From IMG/VR virus record IMGVR_UViG_2675903378_000003, positions 1 to 30,061 of that record: a stretch of 30,061 nucleotides of DNA; one strand, 5' to 3'. The position numbers and the translations under genes were made by a program. Source of the DNA: a virus. The notes under the pieces were generated by a model. The model searched no databases. It was not told the DNA's origin and was given only the letters and a program-made list of their open reading frames with translations. Shown here one piece after another: positions 9,162 to 17,234 of this stretch (the first letter of the stretch is position 1; each line of letters starts with the position of its first letter).

Positions 9162-9608
9162 TTAGAATGGGATATCGTCGTCGAATTCGTCATGAGCGCT
9201 ACGCTGCTGCGGTGCGCTCTGCTGCTGAGGAGATTGCCTGCTCTGAGCCGCCTGGTCATTTACAGGCTTTCCGCCAAGCATCTGCATCTGTCCGTGCATG
9301 TCGACGATTACCTCGGTGGTGTATCGGTCCTGGCCGTCCTGAGCCTGCCACTTGCGAGTTCTGAGAGATCCCTCGACGTACAATTGCTGGCCCTTCTTTA
9401 CGTGTTGTCCAGCGATCTCTGCGAGCTTCCCGAAGAACACCACGCGGTGCCATTCGGTGCGCTCCTGTTGCTGGCCGGTCTGCTTGTCCTTCCAGCTCTC
9501 GCTGGTGGCGAGGGTGATGTTGGTCACCGCATTGCCGTTGGGCATGTAGCGGGTTTCCGGGTCACCACCGACGTTACCAACCAGAATTACTTTGTTAACA
9601 CCTCTCAT
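9162..9608 (-). CDS. ssb: Single-stranded DNA-binding protein
   Basis: [73 protein letters not shown]... and acidic tail DEFDDDIPF. Confidence 0.95.
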   Translation of the reverse strand: MRGVNKVILVGNVGGDPETRYMPNGNAVTNITLATSESWKDKQTGQQQERTEWHRVVFFGKLAEIAGQHVKKGQQLYVEGSLRTRKWQAQDGQDRYTTEVIVDMHGQMQMLGGKPVNDQAAQSRQSPQQQSAPQQRSAHDEFDDDIPF

Positions 9609-10231
9609 GCTGCTTTCCTCATGCGCTCTCGCATCTGATGTTCAAGCTCTGCCAACTCTTCCAGGAACGCTTTAACTTCGGACTCCATCTCGCGAATGCG
9701 TTCCTCGTCGCGGTGGTAGCGGAAGCACACGTACTGCAATTCATCAGGCAGACGGTCGTCGAAGCTCACGAAGTCGACCCACTCGCGGCCGCTGCATGAC
9801 ATTTGGGCGAGCATCTGCCACTCGTACTGTGGGTCGTGCTTGCCCGACTGCATCGTGTAGATGTGGGTTGCGGTAGACGGGCATTTAATCTCGACGAGGC
9901 CATGCTCACCCGCGAGGCCATCTGGCGACGCGCCAAATCCATGGATTCGCGGATGGATGATCAGGCCTGTTTCGATCGTCATTACGCCTGCATTGAACTC
10001 GTAGGCCGAGCGAGCAATCGGCTCCAGGTCGGTACCACGCTGCATTGCGGCGCTGGTGAATCCTTCCTCGCGCTTGCCGGTCAGGCGCTCGCACAGGAGC
10101 TGCATCATGTAGTTCTGGCGGGTAGCAGAAGGGGCGCCACTGCGCCCCTTTGCCATCACATCCTTGACCTTGCTGGCCGTCACCCGCCCCAGGCGCTGTG
10201 CGAACCATTCATCACTACGCTGCTCGATCAT
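9605..10231 (-). CDS. YqaJ-type / lambda-exonuclease-like recombination nuclease
   Basis: ATG at 10231; [17 protein letters not shown] ... [13 protein letters not shown] ... [23 protein letters not shown]; next to the Bet/RecT gene. Confidence 0.88.
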   Translation of the reverse strand: MIEQRSDEWFAQRLGRVTASKVKDVMAKGRSGAPSATRQNYMMQLLCERLTGKREEGFTSAAMQRGTDLEPIARSAYEFNAGVMTIETGLIIHPRIHGFGASPDGLAGEHGLVEIKCPSTATHIYTMQSGKHDPQYEWQMLAQMSCSGREWVDFVSFDDRLPDELQYVCFRYHRDEERIREMESEVKAFLEELAELEHQMRERMRKAA

Positions 10232-10961
10232 CGCCGGTCTCCTCGAATTCAACGTCGATAGGTGCCTCCAGCAGTTCTTTCTTCCGCTGGTCTTTCGCAA
10301 CTGTCAGTTGGTCACGTGCACCCTTGGACTTGTAGGCCTTCCAGGCATCGCTGAATGCAGCCTGCAAATCATCCATGGTCGGAGCAGAATTGATCAGCGA
10401 CAGAGCCTCGGTCACGTCCTCGACTGGCTCGCCAGGGGTCACGTCGCGCTCGACGATGCGCTCTGCCTCGTCCTGGTCGTAGATGCCGGCGAACCCGAAC
10501 GCGAGGCGTGCGCACTGGATCATTGCCTTGTGGCGAAGCATCCGGCGCGGATGGGACTGCCAAGGCTGGGTGTTCCGCTTGCACTCGGCCATGTACTCAG
10601 TCGCGCTGATGGCATGGCTGCGGTCCTTCCGGTAGATCTTGCAGGTGCATTCGGTGCCCTGCTGGTCCATTGAGAATTCCATGCCATCGAACTGTGGGTT
10701 CTCGTTGATGATCCGAGCCCAGCCATCCACACCAACAACCGGCACGATGCCGTTGTTCTTGTCGGGGAATGCGTACAACTCCTTGGTGAAGGGGTTCAGT
10801 TTGTACTGGTCTGCCACGATCAGCAGGGCGACCATCTGCGAATCATTGACCTGGCCCTTGAAACAGGTCTGCTTGAGCGTGTTCGCCACTTCTTCAGGCG
10901 TGGTACCCATCTCGTAGCGCGTGGCGAACTTCGTCAGGAGCGGTGTTAGTGCAGTTCCCAT
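10215..10961 (-). CDS. bet: RecT/Bet family ssDNA annealing protein
   Basis: LLIVADQYKLNPFTKELYAFPDKNNGIVPVVGVDGWARIINENPQFDGMEF ... HPRRMLRHKAMIQCARLAFGFAGIYDQDEAERI. Confidence 0.92.
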   Translation of the reverse strand: MGTALTPLLTKFATRYEMGTTPEEVANTLKQTCFKGQVNDSQMVALLIVADQYKLNPFTKELYAFPDKNNGIVPVVGVDGWARIINENPQFDGMEFSMDQQGTECTCKIYRKDRSHAISATEYMAECKRNTQPWQSHPRRMLRHKAMIQCARLAFGFAGIYDQDEAERIVERDVTPGEPVEDVTEALSLINSAPTMDDLQAAFSDAWKAYKSKGARDQLTVAKDQRKKELLEAPIDVEFEETGDDRAA

Positions 10962-10968
10962 GTGAACC

Positions 10969-12033
10969 TCAATAGTTGATCGTGATGTGAGGAACCTTGC
11001 GCTGAGCGATCAGTGTGATCGCCTGCTTGGCGCATTCCTCGGGCATGCCGCCGGCGATCAGGGCCGCCAGGGCTTCGTTGTTGATGGCTTTCTTGTGGGC
11101 CTTGTCGGCTTCTCGGGCTGCTGCCTCGCGCTCGATCCTGGCTTGCTCGTCTGCCTGCCGTTGGCGCTCTGCGGCAGCGGCTTCTTCGGCGCGCCGCTGT
11201 GCATCACGCTCAGCCTGCTCGGCGCGTTGCTGTGCTTCCAACTTCTCGCGCTCCGCCTTCTCGGCAGCGAGTCGCAGTTCCAGTTCCCGGCGCTCGGCGG
11301 CAGCCTTTGCCTCGGTTTCGCGGCGAGCGGCGGCTTCGCGTTCTTCCTGGGCGCGTCGTTCCGCTGCAAGGCGCTCGGCCTCGGCTGCTTCGCGGGCAAT
11401 GCGTTCCTCGCGCTCTTTCTGCTCGCGAGCAGCAGCTTCGGCGCGCAGTCGCTCCAGTTCGGCCTGCTCGGCTTCATACTTCTCGCGTGCAACGAGGGCT
11501 TCGCGCAGCGCGACCAGGGCCTTGTCCTTGGTACGGGCGGCCTCGGTTTCGAACTCTTCCCAGTCCTCGCCAATCAAGAGGCCTTCCAGCCACTCAATGT
11601 TGGCTTTCAACTCGGTCGAATCTAGGTCGCGGCATTCCAGGCGCAGGTTGATCTGATCGATGCCGGCCTGGTGCTTGGCCTTGCGCATTTCCTCGCGCTG
11701 CTCCCACTCAGTTAGGGGCTGGCGTACCTCTGCCTGCCAGGAGTCCAGCAGGTCACGCATGCGCTTGCGCTCGGCATCGACCTTCTTCGGCACTTCCTTC
11801 AGGTCGGCGACCAGTTCCTTTCCTACGTTGTCCAGCGCCGTCTTCGAGCGGGCGACCTTGTAGGCGATGGAGGCGATGGCCTCTCTGCCCTTGCGGGTAG
11901 TGACGTCTGGCACGAAGCCGTCGATCTCTTCGCGAATCTTGGCCAGGAACGGGTCAAGGCCATTGACGGCCGAGTAGACTTGGAGTGCGGTTTCTTTGGC
12001 CGGCACTTCGACCAGTTGGGTTTCTGCGGACAT
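10969..12033 (-). CDS. Coiled-coil phage protein associated with the recombination genes
   Basis: 354 aa; N-terminal globular region then long Glu/Arg/Ala-rich heptad region; C-terminal ANNEALAALIAGGMPEECAKQAITLIAQ-like segment. Confidence 0.75.
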   Translation of the reverse strand: MSAETQLVEVPAKETALQVYSAVNGLDPFLAKIREEIDGFVPDVTTRKGREAIASIAYKVARSKTALDNVGKELVADLKEVPKKVDAERKRMRDLLDSWQAEVRQPLTEWEQREEMRKAKHQAGIDQINLRLECRDLDSTELKANIEWLEGLLIGEDWEEFETEAARTKDKALVALREALVAREKYEAEQAELERLRAEAAAREQKEREERIAREAAEAERLAAERRAQEEREAAARRETEAKAAAERRELELRLAAEKAEREKLEAQQRAEQAERDAQRRAEEAAAAERQRQADEQARIEREAAAREADKAHKKAINNEALAALIAGGMPEECAKQAITLIAQRKVPHITINY

Positions 12034-12205
12034 GATTTCTCCGATCCGCCCGAGGGCAGAGATTGAAAGGGAAGGGGAAAGGCGCTTACGGCGCCACTCG
12101 GCAGCGTCACCCCTGCGGGATGAATAGCGTTGCGCTAGAAGCCGCTGCTGCGGGTGTTTTCTTCATGCCTCCCACCGCCCGCTGGGGAAGCCGCAGTTAT
12201 CCGGA

Positions 12206-12343
12206 TTACCGGCCTGCTGCGGACAGGTGCGTAGCTTCTGCGGTGATGATGCCGCCCCAGATCGGGCCGGCTGCCAGGATGAAGAGGTACAGCAGACCTC
12301 CGAAGAGGCTGCCTAGCCAGATTGCTGTGCGGCGGGTGTTCAT
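12206..12343 (-). CDS. Small membrane protein, 45 aa
   Basis: ATG at 12343 overlapping the upstream stop (12340-12342); MNTRRTAIWLGSLFGGLLYLFILAAGPIWGGIITAEATHLSAAGR. Confidence 0.55.
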   Translation of the reverse strand: MNTRRTAIWLGSLFGGLLYLFILAAGPIWGGIITAEATHLSAAGR

Positions 12344-12699
12344 GCTGCCTCCTTGGTACGCCTGGAGCCTGGGTACTCCGGATGCGATGGGTACTGGGTT
12401 GGCCTTATGACAGAGGCAAGAAGCTTCTTCCAGGTGGCTGCATTGTTCGGCAGGCACACCCCAAACTCTTTTGTGTCGTACTCGACGTCGTCAACGAGAA
12501 ATGGCATCAGGCTCAACGGAACGGCGATGTTGGAGCAGCCGCTGTTGTAGTAGCCCAGATGCTCAAGGATTCTTTCTTCGGAGTAGATGCCTGCGCTCTC
12601 CATCTTCCAGCAGTAGCCGCGGTCATCAGAACGCCACAGAGTGATTGCCTTGTGGCGTCGCTTCGTGTGCTTGAGGCTGATCACTATGTAGTCAGTCAT
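12340..12699 (-). CDS. Phage hypothetical protein
   Basis: ATG at 12699; ATGA overlaps on both sides; MTDYIVISLKHTKRRHKAITLWRSDDRGYCWKMESAGIYS... Confidence 0.65.
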   Translation of the reverse strand: MTDYIVISLKHTKRRHKAITLWRSDDRGYCWKMESAGIYSEERILEHLGYYNSGCSNIAVPLSLMPFLVDDVEYDTKEFGVCLPNNAATWKKLLASVIRPTQYPSHPEYPGSRRTKEAA

Positions 12700-12809
12700 G
12701 GCGTAACCATCCCCACGAATGCCCAGGCGAAAGCGCCGATACCGCCCACAAAAAAGCCGCCGAAGATCAGGACTTGGGCGGCCTCTTTCAGGTCTATGGT
12801 GATGGTCAT
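12696..12809 (-). CDS. Small membrane protein, 37 aa, absent from the supplied ORF track
   Basis: MTITIDLKEAAQVLIFGGFFVGGIGAFAWAFVGMVTP; ATGA overlaps with both the upstream (12806) and downstream (12699) genes. Confidence 0.65.
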   Translation of the reverse strand: MTITIDLKEAAQVLIFGGFFVGGIGAFAWAFVGMVTP

Positions 12810-13126
12810 GGCGTACGCTCCATTGCGGCGTCGATGGCTGCGTCCAACTCATCCCCAGATCGGTACTCGTATGCGAGATACCCTCCGCATCCGAACTCAT
12901 CCGCTGGAACCTCACCTGAAACCTTGTCGAGCACTAGAGATACGTCCTGATCAGGATTCCGCAGCCACCGATACCGCTTAGCATCAGCCTCAGCAGCGCG
13001 CAGGCGGGCGATCAGTCCGCGCAGTTCTCCCATGGTGATTGCTGAATCTTCGTCGCCGAGGAAGGCGGGATGCTGCGAATACCCTTCCAACTCCGCCAAC
13101 TGCTCATCACTGATAGGGGTTGTCAT
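12806..13126 (-). CDS. Phage hypothetical protein with KRYRWLR...LDAAIDAAM module
   Basis: 106 aa; ATGA overlaps; shared module with 4242-4847. Confidence 0.7.
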   Translation of the reverse strand: MTTPISDEQLAELEGYSQHPAFLGDEDSAITMGELRGLIARLRAAEADAKRYRWLRNPDQDVSLVLDKVSGEVPADEFGCGGYLAYEYRSGDELDAAIDAAMERTP

Positions 13127-13806
13127 TTCCCTTCCTCCTGGCGGCGGTAGCCGGCGTCAAATAGCGCTTTGGCTTGCTTAACCGTCAGCGTCTCTACTGC
13201 GAAGCACATTTCCTCAATCGCCTTTGCCCGCTCCTCGGCGGCGATCTGCTCGGGGGTGCGGAGAAGTGATCCGTGGCTTGAGTGGAATCCAAGAGCCTGT
13301 CTCAGCGTCTTGATGCGCTCTGCTGCCTCTTGAGGATCGTCAAACAGGCCTATGTGCTGTTCCTTCCCGTTGATTTTGACGCGGGCGCGCCACTTGCCTG
13401 TCTCTTCATGCCAACTGACCCCGCAATAACCGCTGCGTGATCCAGCTTGCAGCTTTACGTTCTTGCAGTTTTCCTGATGAGAAACTTGGCGAAGGTTAGC
13501 TATTGAGTTGTCCAAAGAATCGCCGTTTATATGGTCAATCTCTTCGCCAGGATGCTCGCCGTAGTGAATTGCCCAAGCTATACGGTGCGCATAGATTTTC
13601 TGGCCGCAAATGTCGATTCTGCGGTACTTTTTTCGCTTTTTGGTGACGATGACCCCGGCTTCTTTTCCTTCACAGCGGGATACCCACGAAGCGAAATGAT
13701 GCTTTTTTGTAAAATCTGACGATGGTCTTGGCAGCCAGACAAGACTCCCGGTTTCTTTGTCGTAGCTGAGCCTTGTGCGCAGATACGCAATCGACGGCAG
13801 GGTCAT
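13123..13806 (-). CDS. HNH endonuclease with AP2-like DNA-binding segment (homing-endonuclease-like)
   Basis: KKYRRIDICGQKIYAHRIAWAIHYGEHPGEEIDHINGDSLDNSIANLRQVSHQENCKNVK (HNH) and SGYCGVSWHEETGKWRARVKINGKEQHIGLFDDPQEAAE (AP2-like). Confidence 0.88.
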   Translation of the reverse strand: MTLPSIAYLRTRLSYDKETGSLVWLPRPSSDFTKKHHFASWVSRCEGKEAGVIVTKKRKKYRRIDICGQKIYAHRIAWAIHYGEHPGEEIDHINGDSLDNSIANLRQVSHQENCKNVKLQAGSRSGYCGVSWHEETGKWRARVKINGKEQHIGLFDDPQEAAERIKTLRQALGFHSSHGSLLRTPEQIAAEERAKAIEEMCFAVETLTVKQAKALFDAGYRRQEEGK

Positions 13807-14081
13807 ACGTCACCCCCGGTGGCCTTTGCAATGGCGTCGAAAGCTTTGACCTCATCGCGCTTGTAGCGAAAGGCCCAGGAGATGGCTTCGAGCTTCTTCC
13901 TGCCAGCCTTGTTGAATATGTGAATGGTTGGAAGGCCTCCCTCTAATGGGTGGCCCTTTGCATCCAGCGGGTTCTTGTGCTCCAACTCAACGAATTCACG
14001 AAGTTGCTGTAGGTGTTCAATTGAGCAGCCAGACAAACGAACAGCATCCCATCCGTAGCACTGCAACTTTGGCTTGCTCAT
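13803..14081 (-). CDS. Phage hypothetical protein
   Basis: 92 aa; MSKPKLQCYGWDAVRLSGCSIEHLQQLREFVELEHKNPLDAKGHPL...; ATGA overlaps. Confidence 0.65.
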   Translation of the reverse strand: MSKPKLQCYGWDAVRLSGCSIEHLQQLREFVELEHKNPLDAKGHPLEGGLPTIHIFNKAGRKKLEAISWAFRYKRDEVKAFDAIAKATGGDV

Positions 14082-14497
14082 GCTGCATCCTCCATGTTCT
14101 GTTCTGCGATCATTTCCAGCACCAGGTCCGCGTGCGGCTTCAGGAGTCCGAGCGCGATGCGTTCAGTGATTCCCTGGTGATGCTCAAGGTTTGCCGCGCA
14201 CTCGCGGGCGGTAGAGGTGAACTCGTCTTCGGCGGCCTGGAACATCTGAGCCAGCCAGCATTCTTCGTCGGCCTGGACGAGCTTCAGCAGTTCGGCCTGT
14301 ACCCGTTCGGTCAGAGTGCTGGCGAAGACCACTACGCGCTCGCGCATGGTTTCGATCTTCACGTCCATGCCGCACCGCAGATCGTTGACTGCGTGCTCTG
14401 CCCAGTCGCAGAACTCATCGGAGTTAGCGGCGGGAGGGGTGTCGTCAGGAGTCGCGTCGTCATGTAGCGACTGTGCGCATTGAAATGCGGTGTTCAT
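14078..14497 (-). CDS. Phage hypothetical protein
   Basis: 139 aa ORF; ATGA overlaps both sides. Confidence 0.65.
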   Translation of the reverse strand: MNTAFQCAQSLHDDATPDDTPPAANSDEFCDWAEHAVNDLRCGMDVKIETMRERVVVFASTLTERVQAELLKLVQADEECWLAQMFQAAEDEFTSTARECAANLEHHQGITERIALGLLKPHADLVLEMIAEQNMEDAA

Positions 14498-14751
14498 GAC
14501 TGAACTCCAATCTGCAACTGCTCTTTAAACTCTGCTGCAAGAGGGGAAAGGTGGTCATACACCGTCTGTGCAGTGTCCATATCGCCGCAAACAATCTGGA
14601 ATGGCAGATCGAAACAGTGCCATTTTCCGGGACCGACATTGCTTGCCTGTTCCTGATGGCGGTAGATCAAGAATTCTTTCAATTCGGCGGGGAACTGAAC
14701 GCCTGAACGTTGTTCCATCTGTTCTATGGTCAGATTTCCTAAGCGCATCAT
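14494..14751 (-). CDS. Phage hypothetical protein
   Basis: 85 aa ORF MMRLGNLTIEQMEQRSGVQFPAELKEFLIYRHQEQ...; ATGA overlap downstream. Confidence 0.6.
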   Translation of the reverse strand: MMRLGNLTIEQMEQRSGVQFPAELKEFLIYRHQEQASNVGPGKWHCFDLPFQIVCGDMDTAQTVYDHLSPLAAEFKEQLQIGVQS

Positions 14752-14810
14752 GTTTCACCTCGCGTTCGCGTGCATGCGGCAGCGTCCTGTCTCGCTGTCG
14801 TCATACAGGC

Positions 14811-14835
14811 GAAAAAATGCCCGGACTTGCCGGGC
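14811..14835 (-). terminator. Rho-independent terminator inside the left operon
   Basis: Minus strand GCCCGG-CAAGT-CCGGGC followed by ATTTTTTC. Confidence 0.7.
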
Positions 14836-15004
14836 TAAGAGGGGTAGGGTGGGGATGGCCGGAGTTTCACCGGCGACTGACTTGGCGCGGACCCATTCAG
14901 CGACTCATTTCGTATGCCGAAGCAGTGACGTCCGCAGGTACCTAGTACATCTCCCGCTGCGCGGGACTCATCCCCATTGAAGGGTGGCGTCCTTGCCGGG
15001 GAAG
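14836..15004 (-). ncRNA. Candidate structured leader or small RNA ending at the 14811-14835 terminator
   Basis: No supported ORF; hairpins GCCGG/CCGGC (14858-14874) and TCCCGC/GCGGGA (14952-14966). Confidence 0.3.
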
Positions 15005-15199
15005 TCAGGAGAGATGCAGTGCGAGCATTCCTCTGTCCATGATGCTCAGCTCGCCAGTGCTATTCATGATCTTGCGGAGTTCCTGTACGCCGCCGGCGAT
15101 ACCGGTTATTGCGGCAACCACTTGGAGCTGACCGCGCTTATCCGCGTTGCGAAGTGCCGCTCGAATGCGGTCATCTTGCTTAGGGTCGGTGAGATTCAT
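15005..15199 (-). CDS. Phage hypothetical protein
   Basis: 64 aa; MNLTDPKQDDRIRAALRNADKRGQLQVVAAITGIAGGVQELRKIMN... Confidence 0.5.
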   Translation of the reverse strand: MNLTDPKQDDRIRAALRNADKRGQLQVVAAITGIAGGVQELRKIMNSTGELSIMDRGMLALHLS

Positions 15200-15230
15200 C
15201 TCGCCTCCAATGTGTATGCGCCAGGGCGCG

Positions 15231-15542
15231 TTAGGCGGTGGCCTTTGCGATTGCGGCAGTCATTAGCTCATGGATGGCGTCGTACTCCTTAACCGATTCA
15301 GGCGAGAGGAATCCCGATCCGCTCGGCTCGACGACATCCCACAAACGACCGTACAGACGCTTGAAGGCTTGGCACGCCTCAAGCAGCTCGGGCGCGGCGG
15401 CGATCAGGCGGGCGTCAGCCTCAGAGACTGAAAGCCAAACAGCACCTGCATACTCATCGGGCTTACACGGTCCAATCTCGAAGATCGTTATTCCATGTGG
15501 GCTTCGTGCAATCTCCCACGGTCCCGGTGTGTGCTTGCTCAT
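15231..15542 (-). CDS. Phage hypothetical protein of the MSKHTPGPWE type
   Basis: MSKHTPGPWEIARSPHGITIFEIGP ... SEADARLIAAAPELLEACQAF. Confidence 0.75.
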   Translation of the reverse strand: MSKHTPGPWEIARSPHGITIFEIGPCKPDEYAGAVWLSVSEADARLIAAAPELLEACQAFKRLYGRLWDVVEPSGSGFLSPESVKEYDAIHELMTAAIAKATA

Positions 15543-15558
15543 TTTGTTCTCCTGCCTG

Positions 15559-15663
15559 TCAGGCGTCTTGCTGTTGAATAGGACAACGCTTCAGACGGAT
15601 CGGCAAAAACATCGTCAGAAGCAGAAATCCCCACATTGCTGCGAACTCGCCAAGGTCTGGCAT
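15559..15663 (-). CDS. Small membrane protein, 34 aa, absent from the supplied ORF track
   Basis: MPDLGEFAAMWGFLLLTMFLPIRLKRCPIQQQDA preceded by GGGAAGAAAGGAATCC. Confidence 0.45.
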   Translation of the reverse strand: MPDLGEFAAMWGFLLLTMFLPIRLKRCPIQQQDA

Positions 15664-15773
15664 GGATTCCTTTCTTCCCGTATCAGGGCAAATGGACGAA
15701 CGCCGGGCGCTTACCCGGATGCGTCAGGTCTGGCTGCGCTAGCCCCTAGACTCGTTCGCTGTTCGATGGCGGC

Positions 15774-16421
15774 TCACTCGTCGAATTCGACGAACTCGCC
15801 CTCGGCATTCAACTGGTACCAGGTGTCCGGCTCTACGCCGTTCTCCCCGACCTTGCTGGCGCGGATATGGATTAGGCGCCCCTCGTCGTCACGATGACAT
15901 AGGACGATGGCGCTACCAGCAGATGCGCGAGCGCGGCCTTCGATGCCCAGGGATGCGGCGACGGACTCCTTGCCGCTGACCTCGGCTGCCGAGTAGTAGC
16001 CGGTGTTCGACGCTGCCGATTGGTAGCCGGTGTTCGACGCTGTGCCGCCTACCACCGTCTGCTCAACCGACTTATCTACCTTGCTCATGACCCAGTCGAT
16101 GGCCCGCGAGATCATGGTCGGCATGCTGATTTCCGCCTCCACCACCAGGGTGGCGCTGGCGATCTTGCTGTCATCGTCGTGACGGCTCAGTTGTCCCGAA
16201 GCCTTCACGATGGCGAATCGGCTGTCGCCTGGGGCGTAGTAGCCGAAAACATCGAGTGGGTACTCGCAGGAGTGGAAGCCCGAGGCGCATGCCTCTACTT
16301 CGCCCTCGTGCTTGTAGGTGCCGCCGATCTCGAACTGGTAGCCGAGACAGGTCAGGTCTTGCTTGAACCCCTTGTAAGCGGTCACGACCTCTTCGGACGC
16401 AGCCTTTTTCTTGCTCGCCAT
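15774..16421 (-). CDS. Phage protein (DUF7666-like) with imperfect serine/glycine/alanine repeats
   Basis: VVTAYKGFKQDLTCLGYQFEIGGTYKHEGEVEACASGFHSCEYPLDVFGYY ... GTASNTGYQSAASNTGYYSAAEVSGKESVAASLG. Confidence 0.65.
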   Translation of the reverse strand: MASKKKAASEEVVTAYKGFKQDLTCLGYQFEIGGTYKHEGEVEACASGFHSCEYPLDVFGYYAPGDSRFAIVKASGQLSRHDDDSKIASATLVVEAEISMPTMISRAIDWVMSKVDKSVEQTVVGGTASNTGYQSAASNTGYYSAAEVSGKESVAASLGIEGRARASAGSAIVLCHRDDEGRLIHIRASKVGENGVEPDTWYQLNAEGEFVEFDE

Positions 16422-16562
16422 CGCGATTCTCCGTTTTAGGTTTGCCCTGGGTTGGGCGATAGGGCGCCCGGATGGGCAAATGGGTTGGAGCTGGTGATGC
16501 CCCGGCGAAACGGGGCTACTATGCGGGTTCCTTGTGGTGCGTATGGAGCCGTGGGGCAGCCA

Positions 16563-17162
16563 CTAGGCTGCGAGTCTCCGCGATATCTCGATGAGTGCAT
16601 CACATACGCGCTCATCGTGTTGTTCGGTAAGGCGGTACCTGTCCACTGCCTCAAGTACGACTCTTGATTTGGCTTCCTTCCAGGCAGCATGAGCATCATC
16701 CGCAGTTGCGTATGAACCGAGGAATGCTCTTCGGCCTTCCATCGTCCAAATCCTCACCATGTACGGTCTGTCTTTGTTTCGCATGATCGAAACGCCAGTC
16801 GGTAAGCCGCGAAATGATCCGTGACCGTCATGCAAAAGGTTGTTTAGCCAGGCAGGAATGAAGACTGAGGTGTCCGGGCTATACATCTTGTCTCCCGGTC
16901 GTAGAAGGTCTTTGTCCAAGTGGTTTCCTTTCCATGGACGTTCTTGCATCCACTCGCGGAATGCCATGAATGAAAGCCAACGCTCATCGACCTTGCAGTC
17001 CACATAGGAAGAACTGTGTCCGTATCTTTTCCCATAACAGCGTTCCAGCATTCCTTTCCAACGGCTGTAGAACGGGCACATGTAACGTTCCCCATTGATG
17101 AGCCGGTAAACGTTGTAGTCGGCGTCATTTCTTCCTACGCCTCGAATCAGGCCTTTCTTCAT
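16563..17162 (-). CDS. AP2/HNH-family-like phage protein, apparently divergent
   Basis: ATG at 17162; YSRWKGMLERCYGKRYGHSSSYVDCKVDERWLSFMAFREWM ... LPTGVSIMRNKDRPYMVRIWTMEGRRAFLGSYATADDAHAAW. Confidence 0.65.
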   Translation of the reverse strand: MKKGLIRGVGRNDADYNVYRLINGERYMCPFYSRWKGMLERCYGKRYGHSSSYVDCKVDERWLSFMAFREWMQERPWKGNHLDKDLLRPGDKMYSPDTSVFIPAWLNNLLHDGHGSFRGLPTGVSIMRNKDRPYMVRIWTMEGRRAFLGSYATADDAHAAWKEAKSRVVLEAVDRYRLTEQHDERVCDALIEISRRLAA

Positions 17163-17234
17163 CTGATGCCTCCTGTTCGATTTCTTCGATGCCCCTCTTG
17201 CGAAGGGCATCTGAGAAATCGTTTATTCATGGGT

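Noticed and set aside
11058-11573. Arg/Ala-rich 171-aa minus-strand ORF overlapping the coiled-coil gene
   Set aside because: Alternate frame of the same low-complexity DNA; composition artefact.
10987-11656. Plus-strand ORFs of 212, 213 and 150 aa in three frames
   Set aside because: All are antisense to the low-complexity coiled-coil gene. Repetitive codons keep several frames open. No ribosome-binding or domain evidence.
12063-12981. Plus-strand ORFs 12063-12410, 12322-12981 and 12353-12550
   Set aside because: Antisense to a set of ATGA-coupled minus-strand genes. No recognisable protein features.
13928-14467. 179-aa plus-strand ORF
   Set aside because: Antisense to two ATGA-coupled minus-strand genes, with no domain signature.
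15238-16439. Plus-strand ORFs 15238-15897 and 16020-16439
   Set aside because: Antisense to the MSKHTPGPWE-type and DUF7666-like genes; considered shadow ORFs.
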